Shown here one piece after another: positions 39,536 to 50,689 of a stretch of 64,000 bases of DNA. The DNA lies in contig CM119265.1 of NCBI GenBank assembly GCA_051294375.1, positions 4,405,056 to 4,469,055 of the forward strand, in the 5' to 3' direction. Within the stretch, counting starts at the first letter, position 1. Each line of letters starts with the position of its first letter. The notes under the pieces are model-generated. The model saw only the letters and a program-made list of their open reading frames with translations. It had not been told where the DNA came from and did no database searches. The translations under genes were made by a program, and so were the position numbers. The DNA comes from Paraspadella gotoi. Lineage: Eukaryota > Animalia > Chaetognatha.

Positions 39536-39745
39536 GGCAAGGCGAGCCACGGTAAGGCCAAAGGCAAGGCAAGACAAGGCAAGGCAAGGAGCAAGGCAAG
39601 GCAAGGCAAGGCAAGGAAGGCAAGGCAAGGCAAGGGCAAGACAAAGCAAGGCAGGGCAAGGCAAGGCAAGGCAAGGCAAGGCAAGGCAAGACTAGCAAGG
39701 CAGGCAAGGCAAGCAAGGCGAGGCGAGGACGAGGCCAGGCTAGGC
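39536..39745 (+). repeat. (GGCAA)n pentanucleotide repeat, imperfect
   Basis: Direct reading; source of the spurious LPCLA ORFs. Confidence 0.93.
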
Positions 39746-39810
39746 CAAGTGCATGGAGAGGTAGTATGTATATAATTGTTAAAAAATATTATTATTACTA
39801 TATTATACAG

Positions 39811-39902
39811 CACTACGGAAATTCTTCGACGAAAGAATCGAACGACGACAAACTTCACATCGTTTGGCGAAGAAGCGGAGTGGACCTCTCCCAAGTTCAC
39901 AG
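39811..39902 (+). CDS. FSTL4/5-like exon, Ig1 C strand (apparent 1-nt frameshift)
   Basis: atacag acceptor, ag|gttcgc donor; encodes ...SSTKESNDDKLHIVWRRSGVDLSQVH supplying the conserved Ig Trp (IVWRR.G.DL). Length 92 nt is one short of the multiple of 3 required by flanking phase-2 junctions. Confidence 0.78.
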
Positions 39903-40559
39903 GTTCGCGTTCGTCACTTATTTACATCGTACTAATTGTTACACGTTTTCACTATGATTACGAAAAGACTCATTAGAGCCAGGCTGGCCCACCCAGTAAG
40001 GATTATTCCATCGACCTCGGAAACTCTCGCCGACTCTCTCCAAAGCGGCCCTCAGCGTCCCCCTTTCGTAATTAAACTCGTTTAAAAATTCATCCCTCGT
40101 CCTTTATTTATTTTATTAATTTTATATCAGCGGCTGCAGGAGTAATTTTAAAGCCAATAAAACCACGCCCCCCGCGCCTCCGCCGCCCTTTTTATCTCCA
40201 CTCAGCCCAAACCCCTGAAAGGATTCATTTCGTTCCCGATCATTTACTCTGCCTCTCATGCGCGAGACTCGTTTCTCTCTTTAATTCCTGATTCGATCGC
40301 CATTTTTACGCCCGGAATTTCTTTTTCGTCTGCTGTCGTTGGGCGGTTGATATATAAGCCCTTCTCTCCGGTCTTGATTAAGGCTACAACTCTTCTCTTT
40401 TAAAATAATGATTATAATCAACCTGCTAATTCCAACGTAAAACATTAAAACCATCTCTCTGTCTTTAAATATTCGCCGAGTCTATTTCATGCCCTTCCAC
40501 CGCATCCCTATATGACCCCATCCCTCCATCACCCCCAACGCCCGCTTCTCCATCTCCAG

Positions 40560-40707
40560 CGACGACATCAAAGTGTTCGCCAACGGCGCCCTTTACATCA
40601 CGGACGTCAACCTTCACCACATGGGGAACTTCAGTTGCCACGCGACGGAAAATCCCAAGATAATTCAGACGCACGTGCTTCAAGTCGTCATGCCACCCAG
40701 GGTGCAG
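40560..40707 (+). CDS. FSTL4/5-like exon, C-terminal half of Ig domain 1
   Basis: ctccag acceptor; DDIKVFANGALYITDVNLHHMGNFSCHATENPKIIQTHVLQVVMPPRVQ (G.LYIT.V...HMGNF.CHA, QTHVLQV typical of FSTL4/5); cag|gtgaga donor. Confidence 0.93.
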
Positions 40708-41321
40708 GTGAGAAAGAGGGGGGGGGGTTGTGGAGTTGAAGGGTGTTTTGGAAATTGGGAGCCAAGATTTGTTTTGCGCGTTATTCTGTCTGTTGTGGTG
40801 GAGTCGAGGGAAGATGAGCGTCTAAGACAAATGGCGACCGATTTCTGTTTTCAAAAACCTAACGATTCGAACGAAAAATTCTTTCTAACAACAACGGAGC
40901 TCAGAACCCTTAACTTGGGTATTCTCACAGACGTTATTTTGAGTCGAGTTATATCTTTTTTTAAAACAAAGGACGGTATCAAATTCTATATCGTCGGCCG
41001 TAAAAGAGAAAATAAGGCAGTTTTGACGATATATACGAATGAATACTTTTTTTAAAAAAACTTTTAATTGCTTACAAACTTTCTTACTTCCATATCGTAC
41101 ATATTTTTGTGAGCCCCTAAATTGTCAATTTTAGATAAAAACTAAATAAATTTTAAAAAAACTAGTCAAAAGTCACAAATATAACTTACTATAGAACAAA
41201 ATCGTAAAGTAAAGAGTAGTGTACTCCTTTCTTTTCACGCCTCCCTTATTTCTTCTCGTATTTGTTTTTTTCTCCTCCGGTTATTCAATTTATTTATTTG
41301 GTTCTGTTTTGTTTACTCCAC

Positions 41322-41380
<59 letters not shown>

Positions 41381-42160
41381 CCTTCCTTCTCTAGTAAATC
41401 TTTTTTCTCTTCCTTCATTTTTTTCTCTGTTCCCCCCCTCCGTTTCTAGCTCACTTAATTTTAGAGTATTTTTCGCGACAGTGCGGGGGAGGATTAATTT
41501 CTCCTCTGGAGTGAGAAGGGAGTGGGGAACGCTCTCAAGATGGCCGCCCGAAGTTTTTTTTGGGGACGAAGGCGGCAAAGTAGGACAGAAATCTTTTAAT
41601 ATTTTCCATCCGGACCCCGGATGGCTTCTGGTTCGGTGCCACCTGTGCGGGAGGATGGCATCGGAGCGTGGGAGTGCCATCCCTTGGAACCGCGGAGGTG
41701 GCCTGGACTTCATTTATTCCGAAATGGAAAAGGAGCGCGGGGGAAGATGGTGGGAGCGACTCGAGCCGAAACATAAAATAAATAAGAGAAATGAAAGGAT
41801 TTTTTTTTTGGTGGACTAGTATTGGAGAGAATGTGGCGAAGTGAAAAATTTAATTATAGTTTAATTAGTCGCCCTCGATTACCGTTCTTTCTCATGCCGA
41901 CGTTGAAGATTTAAGTTTAAACAAGAATCATACATACATCTTAAAAAATTATTTGCACATTATTTACGTAGTTATCTATATATTTTTTTCGCTTTTCTCT
42001 ACGCATTAAATAATGGAATTTATTCGTTATGGAGCCTTCTCTCACATATAGTTTAAGCGAAATAATATTTAAAAATAGTTCTTCCTTCAATGTTTTCATC
42101 ACCTGCTCTACTTAACTTCCCTCTTCCACTCCCTCTTGCACGCTCCTTCCACTCCCCCAG

Positions 42161-42429
42161 GTGACGACTTCCGCCCAGAATCAAGTACCGGGCCATTCAG
42201 TCTCCATGCAGTGCCACGCCGTCGGCCTCCCGACCCCGAGGATCACGTGGCTACGCAACTACCAACCGATGGCGGCGTCGTCGCTGCTCACGCCGCTCGA
42301 GTCGGGCGGCGGCGGCGTTAGCGGCGGAGCCAGCGGCGGAGGCGGCGGCGTCGACAGAAACCAAAACAGAGAAAACGGGAAAAACAACTTTTATCTTTGG
42401 GGAAAAAATTCGCATCTCGAGTTCAGAAG
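42161..42429 (+). CDS. FSTL4/5-like exon, Ig domain 2 N-terminal part with Gly-rich insert
   Basis: ccccag acceptor phase 0; VTTSAQNQVPGHSVSMQCHAVGLPTPRITWLRNYQPM...GGGGVSGGASGGGGG...NFYLWGKNSHLEFR; CHA.G.P.P.ITWL.N I-set motif; ag|gtcggt donor phase 2. Confidence 0.92.
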
Positions 42430-43143
42430 GTCGGTTTGGCGGAATATAGCTGTCGAGGACTTTGTCGTTGTTGTTGTTGAAGGGATTTCTTGTTTTCGTT
42501 GGCGTTTTTTGGGGTTCGAGGTTTTAGTCGTCGTCGTCGTCGTCGTCATCCGTCAAAGTGGAAGAGGATGACACAGAGTCGTCGTTTTCTTCCTTTTTAT
42601 CGTCTTTTTATATACATTAAGAAATTGGTACAACCAATATAAAAATTATCCATTCATTTAATAAATTTAAATATAAATATGATAAAATTATATTATTTCA
42701 TAGAAAAATTAGTATATGTTTAATTGCCGCCGTCGAAGCAATCTAAATCCTTGACTTAACTTTTACGTCGCTCTTCCGTCAATTTTCTTCCTCACTTTTT
42801 CTTACATTTTCCTCTTTTTCTTTCAAAGATCTCAATGTCAGTGACGATGACAACATTGGCCATTGCAATATCCTGCGTCCTGGCTCTTGTGTTCGCCTCA
42901 TTCTTCTGTCTGATTTCTACTTCCTGTTTGTTGTTTTTTTTTGTCTTTCGAAGTCGCGCTCGTCCTTGTCCTTAGATCTGCGACTTTTCCTTTTCCTTAT
43001 CCTATTTTTTCTCCTCCTCCTCTTCCTCCACCCCCTCCTCCTCTTCATCCTCTATCCTCGTGTTTCGATTCGCTACTTCGACCCCTCGTCTTCTCTCCCC
43101 CACTTTTCCCTCTCCTCCTTCCCCCATCCGCTCCCCCTCTCAG

Positions 43144-43262
43144 CGTCAACAAGAACGACTCCGGGACTTACATGTGTCAGGCGCGGAACTCGGCCGGAAG
43201 TGGCGCCGACGTCACGTCGCTCTTCGTGGAACGCGGCACGAACGTCGCCCGGGGAATCGAGG
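43144..43262 (+). CDS. FSTL4/5-like exon, Ig domain 2 C-terminal part
   Basis: tctcag acceptor phase 2; VNKNDSGTYMCQARNSAGSGADVTSLFVERGTNVARGIE (D.G.Y.C.A.N.AG...D..SLFVE); g|gtgagt donor phase 1. Confidence 0.93.
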
Positions 43263-43938
43263 GTGAGTTAACGGGGGCAGGGGGTGGCGGCATTGGTAAA
43301 TGTTGTTAACGGCGTAAGCCATTCCTTCGAGAAGGTGTGCGAAATTCGTTAATATAATTTGCATATAGCAGCAATAGTCCTTTTTTAAATACTTTTAAAT
43401 ACAGAGAGATTAGCTTCCGCGATGCTGGCTGGGAATAAAAGGTATTTTACGTAGAAAGAATATTTACTTATATCTAATTTAAGTAAAGCTTATTTGACCC
43501 AAATTATGGAACATACAAATCGGGAATTCATCCCTTCGATTTCAAAAAACTCGAATTTTCTTTTCTTTAATAAAATAATAATTTCTTTTAGTGGTATAAA
43601 TTCTATATCTTCTATCTGCTCTGACTTCTCATTTTGTTATTATCATTTTAGATAACAGTAAAAAAGAATTCCCGAGGCCTTGTATCTTTTAAATTTTCTT
43701 ACGCTGAGACGATCGTTTTTCATTGGTCTCCCGATTACCTTGCTTACCGGTTTAACGATGTACGTTCCATGTTGATTTTAATTTTCGATAATCTTAGTAT
43801 TCTCGGATTCGCTCGGAGTCTAATAAAAAAAAATTATAAGCATTTGTATCCGTAACTTTTACGAGTGTAACAAATAGTTCGAATCGCCGTTAACATCCAA
43901 AAATCCTACCCGAAACTCCCAACCCCTTGTCCTCGCAG

Positions 43939-44129
43939 GAGTTTTCTACATCTTCGGACGAGACGGCGTTCAAGTCTACGAACCTCACGAGTGCATGATG
44001 GCGCGAGAATTGACGCGCGCCGAACCAATCAAGGAGAGGGGAAGGCGGGCAGAGGGCGCCAAGGCGAAACCCGTCAAAGGTGAGGGACTGAGGGAAGATC
44101 AGGCGATGGGCTGGGTGAGGGAGGAAAAG
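43939..44129 (+). CDS. FSTL4/5-like exon, start of C-terminal (beta-propeller-like) region
   Basis: tcgcag acceptor phase 1; (G)VFYIFGRDGVQVYEPHECMMARELTRAEPIKE... resembles the FSTL4/5 FY.F..DG..V..P..C...R motif; best donor aag|gtgagt at 44130, alternatives at 44080 and 44115. Confidence 0.83.
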
Positions 44130-45547
44130 GTGAGTAACTTTAGCGAACGGAGGAAGAGGAAAGAGGGCAGAGAGGCGGACGCGAATCGAGCGCGAGACAC
44201 TAACCGGAAACAAAGCGCGAGGCGGCGCGACGGCCTCGATCCCACGAAGCGAAACAACGGAAACAAAAGGCGAATGTATATGCAAATTGGATGGGAGAAG
44301 GAAAACTAAAGAGCGAGAGGTTCAGGTGGAAATCGTGTCTCATTTGGCGGCTCGCTCCGCCTCAAATTATCCAAAGATTTAAAGTACATCGAGGAAACGA
44401 CATTTGTATTAAATTTTTAAATTATTCCAGCAATTTTAAAAGTATTAAAATAACTAATCTACATTAAGAACACAACCATCAACTACTCAGGTTGCTGCTT
44501 ATAAATTTCTTCTGAAGAATATGACTTCGTAATTCTACTTATTGCCTTGCCAATGAACCATACTACTTCATAGATCAACCAGAGAACATAACCAATTCCA
44601 CATTTCTTTCACGGTCTCGTCATCTTAGTCAAGGGGATTGAAAGCCGCAGTAACGCGTCACGACACCCGGAATATCGCTCCGGGTTGGGTTCCTTCAGTT
44701 AACTACATCATGATGTTTACGCTAACTGGAAGTTGAGTTTCAACCTGTTGAAAGTGGCTGAAGCAACATAGTCGGCGTAATACGGGTTGTTGCGAATAAG
44801 TCTTCGTGAATGTTGTTCCACCGCACAAGGCTTCGGTTTAAAAAGTGCTGCCGCCTCCATAACCGCGACTCTTAATGCTCGTCGTTTCTTAGGACACTAC
44901 GTTTTCATTAGCCACTCGCGTTGAGAGTAGGAAAGCCGTAGAAATGACGTCGTACGATGAACCCATTTAGGTTTTTGAAACATCTCGATCCAACTCGTGG
45001 AGAGAAAGTTTCGTCGCTTTGCCAGCGAATTATCACCAATGAAGGCGGCAGCGGCGCCGCGGCGGCTGTTTGGCGGCGGAGAATGCGTTGGCAGCGTCGG
45101 CGTCGGCGAGTCACCGGGGTCGTTAAAGACAAACAGGAACTCGGCGAGAGAGAGAGATAAGTTTTGGAAACGAAGAATGAGACGAAGAAGAGAGAGAGAG
45201 AGAGAGAGGAGAGAGAGACAGAAAGAGAGAGAAGAGACAGAGAGAAGAGAGAGAGAGGAAGAGAGAGAGAGAGAGAGAGAAAAGAGAGAGAGAGGAGAGG
45301 AAAATGAAAGGGGCGGAACTGGATGGAGTGGGAGACCCTCCGCTAATCAGCGTTATGGGTTTGCTATGAGAGACGAGAGAGAGAGAGAGAAGAGAGAGAG
45401 AGAGCAGAGAGAGCAGAGAGAGAGAGAGAGAGAGAGAACATAAACGCGGCGGTTGCAGGTAGAAAAGCAAGATAAATATTTAGTCTTGAATCACAGTGAA
45501 CGGAAAGCACTTTAAAACATGACATGACGGATTGTCGTTTTTATCCT

Positions 45548-46240
45548 AGTTAGCCCATAGCCGATGAAATTTAAATGCTAATGTATACAGCGGTTAAAAT
45601 AATCTATCATGACCAATACGATTATGGTATTAAAATTTTTCTTTATCAAAAAATGCTTATCTTCTGAGGGTACTAGCCTAAATTAAAAATATTATATTAC
45701 TATATAGAGGCAACGAATTCTTTTCAAAAATACTTAACAAAATTTTTTGATCGGATTCTGATCACGAGCAAAAAAAGTATACACGAAATATGAAGAATTA
45801 CAGCTTTTTAATAAAATTACACAAAAAAAAATAATCTTCTTATAACGTTTATCTAGAGATGAAAAATATAAAAAAAACTAATAAAATCATCGAACCAATG
45901 ATGATGATTTTTTTAAAATAGTTTTCTTCAATTTTTCTGACAAACACTCTATCCTAAAAATATTTAAAAAAGAATTATACTTTGTGTACACACTTTTTTA
46001 TGAGCTAGTCTGATCTTGCGTCCTAAAATTTAAAAAATTCCAAAAAAAAAAATTTTGGCCTTTCCTTAATCTATAAATAAATAATAAAAAATTAAATTAC
46101 CTAGGTAATAGGCCATATTAGAAATTTTTTGTCCATCTGAGTATTACCTTAAAAATGTCTAAATATTTTCTTGAGAAATGTAACAATCACTCACAAATTT
46201 TTGACTCATCACCCATTGAGTGGCAGGCTACCCCTAATCT
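45548..46240 (+). mobile_element. AT-rich fold-back/MITE-like dispersed repeat, copy 2
   Basis: Collinear with 32510-33120 from atagccgatgaaattt...ctaatgtatacag to ttttgactca...gagt..gctacccta. Confidence 0.6.
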
Positions 46241-46773
46241 AGTGCAACTAAAAAACTACTCCAGGCCAAGTGCAATATGAACCTCCTACGTAAAGGAACA
46301 AAAGCGCGATAATAACTTGCTTCCATAAAATATCTTCCGAAGAGGCCTGCGATATTGTCCGCATGATACTAATTAGGTTCTAATCATTATTTTTTTTTGA
46401 CCAGTCCCTCAGGAAGGACGAATTGCCTATTTCTCTCCCCAGCAAAACGAATAAGCGATTCCATGAAGACATTCTCATCGTCGCCTAAATCGAGCCAGAG
46501 AGAGAGACGGAGGAGAGAGAGAGAGAGAGAGAGGAGAGAAGAAGAGAGAGAGAAGAGAGAGGAGAGAAGAGAATGTGGACTCTCCCTTGTGTGATTTTTT
46601 TTTATTTTTTTATGGGTTTGTCTCTTTCTTTTTTCTCTCTTTTCACACTAATTCTTTTCACTCTATTTCTACTCCTCTCCCTTTCTTCTCTCTCACTCTC
46701 TCCCACTGCGTTAGAGTTTGATGAATTACTTTTTTCCTTTTCACTTCGACTTTTTTCTCTCTCTCTGACTCTG

Positions 46774-46810
<37 letters not shown>

Positions 46811-48349
46811 TCCTCTCTCCTCTCTCTCCCTCCTTCCCGACGACGAATGAAATAAGCCGGCATCGAACGTGGATTCTCCCCGAGGAAAAATACTCGACAG
46901 AATAGGATAAATATTAATTAAAAAACGGATGAAAAACACGGGATCCTTTCATCATTTCGCCCATTCGCCTCAGCTCATATTTTTCTGTTTTGTTGTCGTC
47001 GTGTCGCTTCTTAGACTCAATCATTTTCGATGATTCACTTTAAACTTTCGCGCGACTGGAATTTAATTTTTGTTTCGCAGTGTCGTGCTTTTTGGTCATT
47101 GTATCATAGTCGGATTAATATTTTTTTTATATGCTGGGAAGAACTTTTCAATGATTTTAGTTTAATGATCCCTTCGAACTCTCGGTAGCTTTATTACGGC
47201 GAAATCGCCGTTCAAATATTATAATTCACTTTGTCGGTCTGTCGGTCCACCACAACGCTAATTATCGTGGTTAGACGCGACATTGTTTAACGAAGGCGTT
47301 GAAATTTGCTTCAAATGCGTTCGATTTTAAATTCCTACATTTACTCCGATCTCATGGCCTGTTTAAGATTATTAAATTTGAAGAAAAAGAATTTTAATTA
47401 ATTACCTCTTTTCTAGACATTTAGTAACATTCCTTTTTTGTGTTTTTATTATAGTTGCTCAAATTTGAGTCGTTCAATACCGTGTAGACATCCTTTCATA
47501 CGATACTGCAATATGCAAATGAGATTAAGACGTCAGATCCCGAATGGATCGATCGAGACTCGGCTCTACCCTAGTCAGACCTTTCTTCACACGTATAAGA
47601 ACGATCATCCACATAGTATATACTGTAAAGTGTATAGTAGAAACCCCAAATACACAAAACGTGGCTCCCTGAACGTAAAAAAAAACGGTCAACAACTCGT
47701 GCATAACCAGTAAAATTCAAAAAGGAAAATACGAAAGCGCAAATAAAATAATATAAAAAAATTAATTTTAATAAAAAAATCAACAAATAACATTAATATT
47801 AATTACTATTAAAAACGAAAACATTAGCATTACGTGAACTAAAGAATTTAAAAAAAAAAACAAAAAAAAAAAAAAAAAAAAACAAACCGCGAATGTCACA
47901 TTTGGTCGAGTTCCGAAGGGGGTCGATGTCATCCTTTCTCTTCCGGCGTTGTCGAATAATGAATCCTCGTCTCGATCATCATCCTCGCCTTCTTCTCGAC
48001 TTCCTCCCCTTACTCCTCCTTATCGCGACTCCTCCCCCCCTCTCCCCTCCCCTCTCATCGCCTCCCCTCAGACAAAAGACAAAAGGACAATCAAGAAAAC
48101 ATCTAGGCGCGTGAGAGCTCTATTTATGGACTCTCTAGTCTCTATCTCCTCGACGAAGGATCAAAATCGGGCGAGTGGGGGTTGATAGGACGTTATTGAA
48201 GGGGTTATTTTGGAGGGGGGGGATTTAGAGCGGCTGGAGTTTGGGAGGATAGCCGAAGGAATTGCGGGCCAACTTTTCCGAAAACGCTCCGTTTCATCTT
48301 AAATTCAGAATTAAAATAGTTTTTATATTTAAAAATTAGATTAAGAATA

Positions 48350-48545
48350 AAAGATAAAGATTAGATTAGTGATTAAGGTTTAGGATTAAGTAAAGGATTT
48401 GGGGAGAGTTTTGTTTAGGGATTAAAGTTAGTGATTAGGGTTTAATAATAAAAAAATAGAAGTAAGGATAAGGGTTAGGAATTAGGGTTAAGAATTAGGG
48501 ATAAGAGTGATTTGTTTAGCGTTAAGAAGGTTTAGGGAGACTAAA
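48350..48545 (+). repeat. Degenerate TTAGG/TTAGGG-like tract
   Basis: Scattered ttagg, attagggtt, tttaggg units; copied at 60250-60420. Confidence 0.6.
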
Positions 48546-50689
48546 GCTTATATATTTTGAATTAAGTTTTAGGACTTAAAAACATTAATGAGGTGCTTTC
48601 GAAAAATAGTGCCTGAATAGATATAAAATTAAAGAAAAGAGGTTTAAAGGAGATAAGCTTAGATTGGGTCTGGGCGTGTGCTTGAAAAACGAGCGTCATC
48701 GCTCGGTTTGCGAGATAAAAAAGAGCATGCGAGTGCCCTGGCGGGAATTAGTAAACCGCGAAACTCTGCCGCGACGTAAATTTCAAATTCATAACGCGAG
48801 GTGACATCTTCCCGGGAGAGTTTAACGGAGGAGAAATGGGGAATTGAAGAATGAAAAGAGAAAAAATGGGGAGACGGATGAATCGCCAGACGGGGACGAA
48901 ATTCCTGGCTCGAAAATATTGAATACTGAAATATTGAAAGAGGAAGAACCATTTCCGTAACGGAGGAAGGGAGGAAGAAGAAGAAAAGGAAGAAGAAGAG
49001 ACGGAAAAAGATATTAGGAAGTTTCCATCTGATGCAGATGCTTAATCATTAAGATTCTCTCGTGAGGTGTATCTGTTGACAAGACTCTGTACATTCGGAC
49101 TTCCAATATCCGACCTACAGGCATACTGGAATACAGCACTCAATAAAAAAATGTGTTGAGCAAAAAATGTTGAACATTTCAACAAAAAAAAAAANNNNNN
49201 NNNNNNNNNNNNNNNNNNNGCGACAGAGGAGAGGGATGACGTGAGAGCTCGCGAGAGAGACAGGAGAGAGAAGAGATAGAGAAAACATTTAGGCGAAGGA
49301 GAGGATAGATAGGAAGGTTTGAGAGGAAGAAAATTCTTTAATTAGAGAAGAATGGTGTGTGTTGGTGGACGCAAAGTCATCGTAAATCGGGCCGCTGTTC
49401 GATTAAGGAAATAGATCATTTATGAGTTATAGCGTGTATGTGTGTGTCGTGAGGGCTATAAGCAGCAGAAAAAATTGCGTCAAAAATATTTTTCCCCTAA
49501 GGAAAGAGGAAGAGGGGAGAGAGAGAGGGAGAGAGGAGAGGAGCGGACGCAGGAGGGAGAAGAGAGAAGGGACAGGATGACAATTTAGAAGAGGAGCGGA
49601 GAGGAAGGGAAATTCTCGTTTCGACTTCTTTGTTCTTAAACGGAAAAATGGGTTTTCTACATCATGGTAATAAAGAGAAAGAGTGGGACAGAGAGCGGGA
49701 AGAAGAAAGGAGTAAAAGAAAGAAGGGGTATAAAATATAATCGGGTGGGGGGCACGTTATAAGAAAAAATGACGAGAGAATGTCGGGCTTGTCAATAATG
49801 ATGGGTTATCATGAACAGGAAGATTAAAGGAAATAGGATTTGAGTTTTGGAGGTAGAGTTTTAGTATTCCGTTTTCTAGGGGAAGACTAAAAAAAATGCG
49901 TAAGAAACTTCCTTTTGTTTCCTCTTCTCTTTTCTCTGCATTCTCTCTCCTTCTCCTCTCTCTCTCTCTCCTTGTCCTCCATCTCTCTCGTCTCTTTTTC
50001 TCTCCATCTTCTCGTTTCGTTTTTTTTTTCGTCATTGATCTATCGGTTAACCACTGGAAAACGCGAATTCTGAATAGCGAAAAATACAAATCATAAAAAA
50101 TTCCTTATAGATTATTGACTCATGGATATTAATATAAATTCGTATTTTTTTTTTTACCCTAATTCATGTTCGCCAGGGGGACTGATTTTCAGAGTTGACA
50201 TTGATTTATGGTAGTCAGATTTGTTAACACCAAATATTTGTATGTCAATTTACACTCGCATATGAAAAAGAGAATTCGATCCTTAGGATTGTTGGTTTTT
50301 TTTTTCTTTCACTTTTCTTCCGTATTTTGCCGGTCGGCGAATTCGTGACGAAAAAGTTGATATGAGGTAATAATTGCAAGTATCGCTCTTTTTTCTTCCG
50401 CCAGAAAATCTCCGTTTAAAAAACAGCGGTACGATTCCCTTAAAAATTTTTCCTATTTTATTAGTTTTTTTTATTTTTTTAAAAAAAAAACCGAAATCCT
50501 TCGAAAATCTGTCGAGTTTAATGACATACAAAATGTACTACTTTCTAAAAAAGTTATTCGCCTAAAGAACGAATATTTTCATTGAATATATATAAGAGAA
50601 TTTTTTATTTTGCTATTTTGCTATTACATTCGCTGTTTAGTAAAGTATCGAGATGGGACGAAAAAAACGGAAACGAGAGAGAGAGAGCT

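Noticed and set aside
45025-45160. GC-rich segment after ttgccag as the next FSTL exon
   Set aside because: Phase-0 translation (RIITNEGGSGAAAAVWRRR...) lacks expected FSTL features and runs to a stop without a good donor.
48350-48545. Telomere or interstitial telomeric array
   Set aside because: Units too degenerate and irregular; recorded only as a low-complexity tract.
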